Shown here: piece after piece, positions 48,833 through 57,514 of the stretch
Layout: every line of letters begins with the position of its first letter
Position numbering within the stretch: position 1 is the first letter of the stretch
IMG/VR virus record: IMGVR_UViG_3300021378_000014
Span: 17,417-81,416 of that record
Reading direction: 5' to 3' (one strand)
Length of the DNA stretch: 64,000 nt
Origin: a virus
Position numbers and translations under genes: made by a program
Notes under the pieces: model-generated
What the model saw: the letters and a program-made list of their open reading frames with translations, nothing else
Told to the model about the DNA's origin: nothing
The model's database searches: none

Positions 48833-49984
48833 ATGAAAAATATAATTTTTGCAGTTATTGCAATTTTTACGGTGATGCTAGTCGCATTTAAAAGCGCAAG
48901 CGAAGCAAATGGAAAAGGTGTCATATCTGTTCAAACAGAACCGATACACGGAGATAACATAGAATGGGATGAAACTATGAAATTTTGGAAGTCCAGCAAT
49001 AGACTTGATTATAGAGTAGATACTACATACAACAATCTATTCGATAGTCTTTATTTGCTAGGAAGTCAATTAGCGGCAGTAGAAACTACTGCTAATAACG
49101 CCGAAACATCAGCTTTAGGTGCTTGGAAAATAGGAGGTAATACGGTAGGCGCATCATCTTACTTAGGTACAAACTCATCACAAAATTTAGTCATAGGGGC
49201 TAACAATGTCTCTAATTTAACACTTTTTCCTAATGCAAACGCAAACTTTACTGGTTTAGTAGAAGTTGCAAAAGTCGCAGCTAACACAACTGTAAATACT
49301 CTAACTCTGCGTAATAATGGTGGAGGCGGGACGGATGCTGCGAGCGTTCTTTTTCAAATCGGGAATGCGGCAGCAGGATCAGGCGTTAGGATTAAAGGAA
49401 CTAGGTCTACTGCTAGTTTTCTGTATGATTTTGTAGTAGAAATGTCTACTAGCTCAAGCGGGTCGCCTGTAGAGCGTTTACGATTAAAAAACAACGGTAG
49501 GTTAGAAATAGCAGGCTTGTCGGGCACGGGTGATAGAATATTAGCAGCTAACACAACGGGCGAATTAATTACAACAAAATCCCCTATAATAGAAACGATT
49601 TCAGGTTTGCAAGCGTCTGGGTTAACACCCGTAAATGGAATGATAATAAATGTATCTAGCAATAACGGGGTATTTAACGAAACGGGTTTTTGGTATTACG
49701 AGAACGCTAGTTGGAACAAATTAAATAGCAGGAAGATTGTAAATATTAATTTAGATTTTCCAAGCACAGCGGCTAATTTTTATTCGGATATAATAGTACC
49801 TTTTACGGGTGCAGCAAACGGTGACATAGTCCAAATATCAACCGAAAACAGCAATAGAAATACGGCTGGTTTTTACGATGCTTGGGTAAGTAGTGCAGAT
49901 AATGTTACGGTAAGATTTTACAACCCCACGGTGTCGGCAATAAATCCGTTAGGTGGAACTGTTAGGATTTCGATTCAAAAGTAA
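48833..49984 (+). CDS. tail fibre-like protein with signal-peptide-like N-terminus
   Basis: WKIGGN..YLGT, ERLRLKNNGRL, GFWYYENASW, C-terminal AWVSSADNVTVR domain. Confidence 0.7.
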   Translation: MKNIIFAVIAIFTVMLVAFKSASEANGKGVISVQTEPIHGDNIEWDETMKFWKSSNRLDYRVDTTYNNLFDSLYLLGSQLAAVETTANNAETSALGAWKIGGNTVGASSYLGTNSSQNLVIGANNVSNLTLFPNANANFTGLVEVAKVAANTTVNTLTLRNNGGGGTDAASVLFQIGNAAAGSGVRIKGTRSTASFLYDFVVEMSTSSSGSPVERLRLKNNGRLEIAGLSGTGDRILAANTTGELITTKSPIIETISGLQASGLTPVNGMIINVSSNNGVFNETGFWYYENASWNKLNSRKIVNINLDFPSTAANFYSDIIVPFTGAANGDIVQISTENSNRNTAGFYDAWVSSADNVTVRFYNPTVSAINPLGGTVRISIQK

Positions 49985-49989
49985 AGTAA

Positions 49990-50115
49990 CCTCCTTACTT
50001 TTTAAGATGCCATTCAGAAGATGCTACTAATTTTAAAATACGTGTTCTAGATAATACTGGTGTTGCAATAACTACTGGAACAGTAGTAGTTTCTTGGAGT
50101 GCTAAACCAATTTAA
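49990..50115 (+). pseudogene. orphan 3' remnant of a tail-fibre gene
   Basis: Start-less open frame PPYFLRCHSEDATNFKIRVLDNTGVAITTGTVVVSWSAKPI* with native A/T-ending codons. Confidence 0.6.
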
Positions 50116-50177
50116 GCTTATTACACTATAAACACTATTATTAAATTAAAACTATAAATTTTGATTAATTAATAAAT

Positions 50178-50783
50178 ATGCTAACTATCTATGTTATTAC
50201 TTGTCTAAGTTGTATGGGTTTTGGTGCTATTCTTTATCATCTTATTTTTATTCCTCAACATAGACGTACTACATCATTCTATCAAATGAATTTGTTTTAT
50301 AGAGAAGCTAGAGTTATCTTAGATGATGTAAGAATGAAAACAGTTCTTACTAATGCTTTATTACTTCATGCTCATAATGGAGGAGAAGAACTTTTTGCAA
50401 ATAGCTTTCATAAAAGTAGTGTATTAGAAGAATCTCCTGGACATCCAGAAGTAAGTGCTATTAAGAATTGGATTAATAGACCAATAGATCGAGCATATAG
50501 AAATTTACTTGAAGAAGTAGAAACTCAACCTTATGCTTATGTATCTATAGACACTATGCAAGAAGGAGATTTAAAATCTATTTATATACTTTATGGTATT
50601 AAAGGTTCTTTGATTTTTAAAATCTATAATAAAACTAAAGCAAGTTTTTTTTATGCAAGTTTTGTAACAAAAGGTGATATACAAGACTTTAGGTATAGTA
50701 AAGATTATGCTAGAGTTTTAATAGCTGTTCAAAGACTTACTGAACTATGCGATAAATACTATCGTAAAAATATTTTAAAATAA
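50178..50783 (+). CDS. single-TM protein with soluble domain, holin/antiholin candidate
   Basis: N-terminal hydrophobic helix, then AHNGG and an alpha/beta domain. Confidence 0.5.
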   Translation: MLTIYVITCLSCMGFGAILYHLIFIPQHRRTTSFYQMNLFYREARVILDDVRMKTVLTNALLLHAHNGGEELFANSFHKSSVLEESPGHPEVSAIKNWINRPIDRAYRNLLEEVETQPYAYVSIDTMQEGDLKSIYILYGIKGSLIFKIYNKTKASFFYASFVTKGDIQDFRYSKDYARVLIAVQRLTELCDKYYRKNILK

Positions 50784-50836
50784 ACTTAGTAGTTAAATTA
50801 CTACTATTATTTTTATTACTAATTAAATAATTTAAC

Positions 50837-51169
50837 ATGAGTTTTAACCCTTTAGATTTTATTAAAGCGTTACCTGCTGGTATTATTACGTTTTTACGTA
50901 CTATTATTGATGGGTTTCGAGTTAAAAATGAAAAGCAGTTTACTGTTATCATAATGATTATTATCGGACTTGTAACTTTAATTTATCAATTACTGTACGG
51001 ACAATTGTCTGAAGCAATTGCTATTAATGCTAGAGTTACCAACATTTTAGAACAAGTAGGTATTTGGTTAACTGTTCTTGGTTTTCTTTTAAATGTAGAT
51101 TTACCAGAAAAATCACCAGTTATTATTGAACCTACTGAAGAACCTAATACAACACCTGAATTAAAATAA
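50837..51169 (+). CDS. two-TM holin-like protein
   Basis: FTVIIMIIIGLVTLIYQLL and VGIWLTVLGFLL. Confidence 0.55.
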   Translation: MSFNPLDFIKALPAGIITFLRTIIDGFRVKNEKQFTVIIMIIIGLVTLIYQLLYGQLSEAIAINARVTNILEQVGIWLTVLGFLLNVDLPEKSPVIIEPTEEPNTTPELK

Positions 51170-51186
51170 TTAATTTAATAACCTAC

Positions 51187-51224
51187 GGCGTAGATTGACT
51201 TTATGGTTAGTCTACGCCTTTTTT
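51187..51224 (+). terminator. intrinsic terminator
   Basis: GGCGTAGATTGAC-TTTATG-GTTAGTCTACGCC-TTTTTT. Confidence 0.85.
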
Positions 51225-51234
51225 AGTTTTAACT

Positions 51235-51888
51235 ATGAATGATAAATCACTAAATACGATCGCTACTTTTATTGCAGGTAGATTAGATCAAGCCAATAAT
51301 TTATATTTAAGAGAAGAATTAAAACTTGCTATTAAATATTACAGAGCTTTATTATTTAAAAGAGATTTTGATAAAAGAGGTAATTTAGGTTTATTTGCTC
51401 AACATTTTATTGTAGAACTTGAAAGAGTTGCTGAAACAGATTGTAATACTTTAATTGTAGGTAATTGTAAACTTAGTAAAACTAAAGTGAAGATACCTTT
51501 CCCAGTAAGAAAGAATGGAGGGCCGATATTCCAATATGTAGGAGATAAACTATTTACTGGTAGTTATCAAGAACAATATCCTGAAACATTAAACGTTAGT
51601 TTATTTGATAGGTTTATTGGTAATAAAATTAAGTATTATTATAACGATGGTTATATTTATGTTTACGGTAATAAATACTTAAAAAGTATTGCTGTAAGAG
51701 ATGCTTGGGAAAACCCAAGTGATTTATTACCTTTATGTTTAAATAGTACTAATTGTTTTGCTGATGATGAACCTTTTCCAGTACCTATGGATATGCTACA
51801 GACTATCATTACTAGTATTATTTCTGGAGAATTTAGTATTAAAATTCCTAACGACCAAGAAACTACAATAAGCAATGTTACGACTTAA
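51235..51888 (+). CDS. tail ring protein
   Basis: YYRALL, YYYNDGYIYV, WENP, DDEPFPVP..IPND pattern; synteny. Confidence 0.65.
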   Translation: MNDKSLNTIATFIAGRLDQANNLYLREELKLAIKYYRALLFKRDFDKRGNLGLFAQHFIVELERVAETDCNTLIVGNCKLSKTKVKIPFPVRKNGGPIFQYVGDKLFTGSYQEQYPETLNVSLFDRFIGNKIKYYYNDGYIYVYGNKYLKSIAVRDAWENPSDLLPLCLNSTNCFADDEPFPVPMDMLQTIITSIISGEFSIKIPNDQETTISNVTT

Positions 51889-52678
51889 AGATATGTATGA
51901 TATTTATAAAAAATATTATTCTAATAAACAGACTAAAGCAGAACAAGAATTAACAAAGATAGTTACTGCACGTAAAGAATTAAAAGCTAATATTATTTTA
52001 CATGAATCGGTATTTAAAGAAAGTAATATTACTTTAAGTACAGCTTTAAGTATTACTGATAGTAGAACGATCAAGGCCATTTCTTTTACTGGGAAAGTAT
52101 CCTTAACTACTGTTGATATTCTTACACAACATCTTAAAGATATATCTTATCTTAATAAAAGACTTAAAGCTTTAGTAGAAGAAATTAATTCTTATAAACA
52201 TATAGTTGTAGAGTATGAAGTTTTTAAAGAAATTCTTCAGCTATATAATAAAACTAAAGTTAATCTTCTTATTACTAAAGGTTACTCTTGGAATCTTGGT
52301 AGTGGACTTGGAACTATTAGTGTAGTATTAAAAAAGATACCTGTTAAAAAAGATTTAGCTGGTAATGTAATGATAAGACCTAATTGGCCAGCAAGTAAAA
52401 AGAATAAACGAGAACTTGAAAAACAAGGTGTATCTTTATATTCTGAAGATAATCCTACAGGAGTAAAATGGATTGTTGCTCATACTGATGAAACTCAAGC
52501 TTACTTCGATTGGCGAGGAGCTAATCCTTTATTTATAGCCAATGTTAAAGATATGAAGTTTAAACCAACTAAAGGTGAAAATGGAATTTGTGGTAAACTT
52601 AGTAGATATCGAAAAGCTAATCCAGAAGTAGATAATTATTACATTAACAATATAAATTCTGCATATAATGTCAGCTAA
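51875..52678 (+). CDS. IHF-like protein of the crAss tail block
   Basis: FKEILQLYN...LITKGYSWNLGSGLGTISV...PNWPAS...MKFKP; precedes the tail tubular gene. Confidence 0.65.
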   Translation: MLRLKDMYDIYKKYYSNKQTKAEQELTKIVTARKELKANIILHESVFKESNITLSTALSITDSRTIKAISFTGKVSLTTVDILTQHLKDISYLNKRLKALVEEINSYKHIVVEYEVFKEILQLYNKTKVNLLITKGYSWNLGSGLGTISVVLKKIPVKKDLAGNVMIRPNWPASKKNKRELEKQGVSLYSEDNPTGVKWIVAHTDETQAYFDWRGANPLFIANVKDMKFKPTKGENGICGKLSRYRKANPEVDNYYINNINSAYNVS

Positions 52679-53318
52679 TAATTTAGTTTCTATAAATAGA
52701 GTTTTGTCTAAAGTTAGTAGAGATTTTGGTTTAACTAGCGGACATTGGCATAACTCAGCAATTGAATGGGTAGCAGAAGCAATTAGAGAAATTGGAACTA
52801 TTGTGCCTTTTGAAGAAATTCCTGTTACTAAACTTGTAAATGATTATAAACTATTATTGCCTTGTAACTTTAATTTAATTATTCAAGTTAAAGATAAAAA
52901 TGGTTGTGAATTATACCCTTATAATGTAACTGTACATGATGTTCGTAATTATGAACAGACATTTAATTCTCCATCTGTAGATCGAGCCCATTATACTATT
53001 AATGGACGCTATTTAAATTTTAGTTTTACAGGAGAAGAAGTAACAATTGTTTATACTGATTTTGCTGTAGATGAAGAAGGTTATCCTATGATAGTAGATA
53101 CAAGTGAAAATATAGAAGCTTTAAGCTGGTATATTATTTATAAATATTTACTATCTGGTAATCCTCATGGCGTATTAAATTGGAAAGAGTCTTATACAAT
53201 GTGGATTAAATATCGAGATAAAGCTACTAATAGCATAATGATGCCTGGGCCTGATAATATGAAAAGTATTATGACAGGTTGGCTTGGTAGTATTCCTAAT
53301 TTTAATTTAAAACCTTAA
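52668..53318 (+). CDS. tail tubular/ring protein (P22 gp4-like)
   Basis: IEWVAEAI, LPCNF, DEEGYPMI, EALSWYI. Confidence 0.75.
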   Translation: MSANNLVSINRVLSKVSRDFGLTSGHWHNSAIEWVAEAIREIGTIVPFEEIPVTKLVNDYKLLLPCNFNLIIQVKDKNGCELYPYNVTVHDVRNYEQTFNSPSVDRAHYTINGRYLNFSFTGEEVTIVYTDFAVDEEGYPMIVDTSENIEALSWYIIYKYLLSGNPHGVLNWKESYTMWIKYRDKATNSIMMPGPDNMKSIMTGWLGSIPNFNLKP

Positions 53319-53320
53319 TT

Positions 53321-56300
53321 ATGTTTAAAGGGTATAATAAAGATACTACTTATGCTAATATGCAAACAGGAGAAAGTCCTTTTGCTAGAAACATAGTAGT
53401 AACTAAAAAGTTTTTATCTCCTAGTAATGAACCCGGTTTTACTCAACAAGTAGTCCTTACTGGATTATTAATAGGAGGTATTGCTACTTCGTATAAAGAT
53501 GTTTTGTTTATTAAAAATGGGGCTATCGATGAAATTGGAATATTTGAAGGAACTACTTATACTTGTGTAGTTAAAGGTAGTTTTGGTTTTGATATTAATT
53601 TTCCAATTGAAGGTACGTTTAAATATAACTTTGGTCAACAACTTATTATTGCTTGGACAGATAATTTAAATAGTCCTCGGATTTTAAATGTTGATTGTTT
53701 ACCTTTTGACGTTAATCCTGATTGTACGTTAGTAAACATAACAGATTCTCGATTAATGGATTTAACTCCAGAGTTAAGCATCCCAGTAATTGATTTATTA
53801 CCTCATGCTGTTGGCGGTAGTGTAGAAGTAGGAGCTTATTGGGCTTTTATTGCTTATGAATATTTAGATGGTACTCGTACTAATTGGGTTAAAATGTCTA
53901 ATACTATTTTAGTAACAGATAACAAACCAAACGAAATATTTATTAATTACGAAGGGGCAGAAGGAGGTACACCTACTAATAAAATAATTCAATTATCTAT
54001 ATCTAATATAGATACTGCTTTTAGTAAAATAGTGTTAGGTATTATTCGACAACGTAATGGTATTCAAGATGCATTTATAGTAAATTCTTTTACTATCGAA
54101 GCAGATACTCAAACAATACGTTACGAAGGTACTGAAACTACTATTGCTGTTAGTATAGAAGAATTATTAGTTCCTAATCAAACTTACATTAAAGCTAAAA
54201 CCATAACATCATTAGATGATCGTTTATATTTAGGTAATGTAAAAACAGAAGATACTATTGATTGGCAACAATATGCTAACAATGTTACTATTGATTGGGT
54301 TTACGGTAATCCTTTTAATTTATTAGATACTACAGATTCTTACGAAAATCCTGTGGTTTTCTTTAATGAACGTACATTTAGAAGTGATGAAGTATATGAT
54401 TTTTACGCTGTAGCTAAACTTAAAACAGGAAGTTACAGTGAAGCTTTTCATATACCTGGTATTGAAGAGGGTGTAATAAACGTATCAGGTACTAATTTTC
54501 CTCAAAGTCTTGGTTTACAAGAATTTAAAAATTTAGGTTATACTTTACCTGATTTAGATGAATATCTTGCTATCGCTCCAGATGCTAAACTTTATCATTT
54601 AGTAAATACCGCTAAAGTAAATACTAATTTTGGAGGAGTACTTATTGGTAATATGGGATTTTATCAGAATGAAGATGTAAGATATTCTGATGAAGCTTGC
54701 AGTTTAATTAAAGATTGTGATGAAAACATAATTGGTAATTTAGCTGGAGTTAGACGTAGATTTCATCGTTTTCCTTCTATTAGCCAAATACATACTGCAT
54801 TAAATGAATACGTAGAGTATGGTAAAGTTACTAGTAAAACTGCATTATTACACGCAACTGGATTTACTATTATACCTGGTAGTCCTACTACTGCAGTACT
54901 AGATTACGATATTGTAAATAGTACTTTATCGCCTACTATAGATGCAGACGCTTCTCCTGATGGAAGTATTCGTTATACTCCTACCGTAGCTAGTATTTTT
55001 AGGTTTGAAATTGACACTAGAATTTTTGACTATCGTAATCAACTTGAAGTTAAAATTGGTTACGTAAAAGGAGGAATTACTACATTATTAATTGATATTG
55101 ATGAACCTTCTTCTATTAATAATAGAGACAGGTTACTGACTGTTAATGAAGTAGTAGCTTTAGATGTAGGTGATTTCTTTTTTATTGATGTACATATTAT
55201 CGCTACAGGTATTTATTTTGGCGGAGAAGTAAGTAATACTGCTAATATTTTTAGAATTACTGATATTAGCTTTAATGGTATTGAAACTAAAATGAAAAGA
55301 TTCGGTATACGTTTAAATAATTTATGTATTCCTAATGAAATTGCAGCTAAAATAGATCATCTTGAAGTTTTTTATGCTAAACGTACTTTTAATAATAGTA
55401 CAATTGTAGGTCAATCGTTAATTGATATTATCAATGGAGCGGATGTTCGCAGTTATGATTTTGATTTATTAGCTACTAAAGCTTCTGTAGGTATTACGCA
55501 TATTAATGCAGAAATTGCATTTGATAGTGGAAATACAGATTTTATTACTTATGCGTTTACTAACGTAATAAATAAAATAAAACAAGTAAAAACTCATAAA
55601 TATGTAGCAGCTAATGTTTCAGGAACTCCAGATAATAGAAAACGTGAAGAGTATTTACAACTTGAATTATCTAATATTACATCATTACCTAATGATAAAT
55701 TAGTATTAGCTAACCTTAAAGTACATAAACGTAATCTTTACCAGCAAGTAGAATTAGTACCTACTGGAGAAATAATTTTACATAATTATACAGGAGGAAG
55801 TATTCCAGCTACGTATATTAATACGCTTACTTTATACGGAGGTGATACAGTAATTTCAACATATGGTCATCTTCATAGTGCTTTATTGCCTAAAGGATTT
55901 TATACAATAACAGCACCAGAAGTTGAAGCTATTGGACAATTTAGTACTTTTGGTACTACTAGACTTGGCGCTATTCCTAATCCTAGTATTGTAGATTTAG
56001 CTACCCTTATTATATTTAGTGTGTGGTTTTATCCAGTAGAATCTATATTTAATATAGGGTTACGTCATGATAATGAATTAATTGATCTTGATGATTATTT
56101 TCCAAAAACAAATCAATTACCCGTTACAATTGATTTAGCTATTGATAAAACTTTATCTCCATTAATTGAAGATAATGATTATTATACTGGAGAAAGTCAA
56201 ATAACTTATAATTACGATTTTCATGCTTTTCCGCCTAATCTTAATATACAACAATTTAATTGTATTAGAGGTTGTTATGATAATCAAGTTATTTATCCAA

Positions 56301-57514
56301 CTCGAGTTGCTCGATCTATTGTATCTAATAATGAAGAATATGAGTTATCTTGGCGTACGTTTTTAGTTAATGATTATTATGAAATGCCTAAAGATAAAGG
56401 TGTAATTTGGAAACTTACTGTTTATAATCAAGCTTTAATTATACATCTTGAGTATTCTTTATATGTTGCTTTAGTTAAAGATCGTCTTGCACTTAATATA
56501 CAAGAAATCTTTCTTGGAACAGGTGATATATTTGATAGACGTCCTGATGAAATTATAGGTACTCCTGAAGGCTACGCTGGTTGTCAATCTCAATGGGCTG
56601 CGTTTACTTGTAAACTTGGTTATGTATTTATTGATCTTAATCAAGGTAAAGTATTTCTATTTAATGGTAAATTAAAAGAACTAAGTAACGATAAAATGCG
56701 TACTTGGTTCTATACTAATTTTACTACTAATGAAACTTTAACGGATTTGACCACTTTCCCAGTAATAGATAATCCTCGTACACAATCTGGTGCTATTGCT
56801 TGGTATGATGAGATTTATAATAGAATTATGATTGGATATACTTATCGTACTTCTAGTGGAGTAGATAAATTTCGTAGTCGTCAATTAAGTTATTATCCTG
56901 ATTTAGAAGCTTGGGTAAGTGAACATGACTATAATCCATCTATAGCTTATGCTACGCGTCGTGGTATCTTTAGTGTAGATGTAAATAAAATAAATAATAC
57001 TTCTACTATTTATTTACATAATCAAAGGAATTACGGAGTATTTTATAATAATGATCGTTATAGTGCGTCAATTGATGTAATACTTAAAACTCCAGGAGCT
57101 GAACAAGTAAGATGGGATGGAGTTCTTTGGAATAGTTTAGTTACTGATGGTGTACGTACTTTTAAAGATGAAACGTTTACTTTTATTGTTATATACACTG
57201 AAGATCAATGTACTGGATCTATTGAATTAGTAGATAAAAAAGATCTTTACGCTAATGATTCTCGTAGTACTCGAAATACTAAATACACTTGGAAATTTAG
57301 TAAAATACGAGATATTGTTGTAAATAAAGATGATATTATTATTACTAATGAAGGTTTTCTGAATATATTTAATTTAAAAAATAATCCTAATTGGTATGAA
57401 CTTTCAAAGTTTTATAATAACTTTATCGTTGTTAGGTTTATTTATGATAATGCTGATCAAAAAGAAATATTTCTTAATGATCTTAATGTAAATATTATAA
57501 AAACACGAAGATGA
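53321..57514 (+). CDS. tail stabilization/muzzle protein
   Basis: 1397 aa beta-rich; SNEPG, WTDNLNSPR, RLYLGN, GYAGCQSQW, WVSEHDY. Confidence 0.8.
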   Translation: MFKGYNKDTTYANMQTGESPFARNIVVTKKFLSPSNEPGFTQQVVLTGLLIGGIATSYKDVLFIKNGAIDEIGIFEGTTYTCVVKGSFGFDINFPIEGTFKYNFGQQLIIAWTDNLNSPRILNVDCLPFDVNPDCTLVNITDSRLMDLTPELSIPVIDLLPHAVGGSVEVGAYWAFIAYEYLDGTRTNWVKMSNTILVTDNKPNEIFINYEGAEGGTPTNKIIQLSISNIDTAFSKIVLGIIRQRNGIQDAFIVNSFTIEADTQTIRYEGTETTIAVSIEELLVPNQTYIKAKTITSLDDRLYLGNVKTEDTIDWQQYANNVTIDWVYGNPFNLLDTTDSYENPVVFFNERTFRSDEVYDFYAVAKLKTGSYSEAFHIPGIEEGVINVSGTNFPQSLGLQEFKNLGYTLPDLDEYLAIAPDAKLYHLVNTAKVNTNFGGVLIGNMGFYQNEDVRYSDEACSLIKDCDENIIGNLAGVRRRFHRFPSISQIHTALNEYVEYGKVTSKTALLHATGFTIIPGSPTTAVLDYDIVNSTLSPTIDADASPDGSIRYTPTVASIFRFEIDTRIFDYRNQLEVKIGYVKGGITTLLIDIDEPSSINNRDRLLTVNEVVALDVGDFFFIDVHIIATGIYFGGEVSNTANIFRITDISFNGIETKMKRFGIRLNNLCIPNEIAAKIDHLEVFYAKRTFNNSTIVGQSLIDIINGADVRSYDFDLLATKASVGITHINAEIAFDSGNTDFITYAFTNVINKIKQVKTHKYVAANVSGTPDNRKREEYLQLELSNITSLPNDKLVLANLKVHKRNLYQQVELVPTGEIILHNYTGGSIPATYINTLTLYGGDTVISTYGHLHSALLPKGFYTITAPEVEAIGQFSTFGTTRLGAIPNPSIVDLATLIIFSVWFYPVESIFNIGLRHDNELIDLDDYFPKTNQLPVTIDLAIDKTLSPLIEDNDYYTGESQITYNYDFHAFPPNLNIQQFNCIRGCYDNQVIYPTRVARSIVSNNEEYELSWRTFLVNDYYEMPKDKGVIWKLTVYNQALIIHLEYSLYVALVKDRLALNIQEIFLGTGDIFDRRPDEIIGTPEGYAGCQSQWAAFTCKLGYVFIDLNQGKVFLFNGKLKELSNDKMRTWFYTNFTTNETLTDLTTFPVIDNPRTQSGAIAWYDEIYNRIMIGYTYRTSSGVDKFRSRQLSYYPDLEAWVSEHDYNPSIAYATRRGIFSVDVNKINNTSTIYLHNQRNYGVFYNNDRYSASIDVILKTPGAEQVRWDGVLWNSLVTDGVRTFKDETFTFIVIYTEDQCTGSIELVDKKDLYANDSRSTRNTKYTWKFSKIRDIVVNKDDIIITNEGFLNIFNLKNNPNWYELSKFYNNFIVVRFIYDNADQKEIFLNDLNVNIIKTRR

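Noticed and set aside
44641-50115. Diversity-generating retroelement or invertible fibre locus
   Set aside because: No reverse transcriptase, recombinase, or TR/VR repeat pair is visible in the window.
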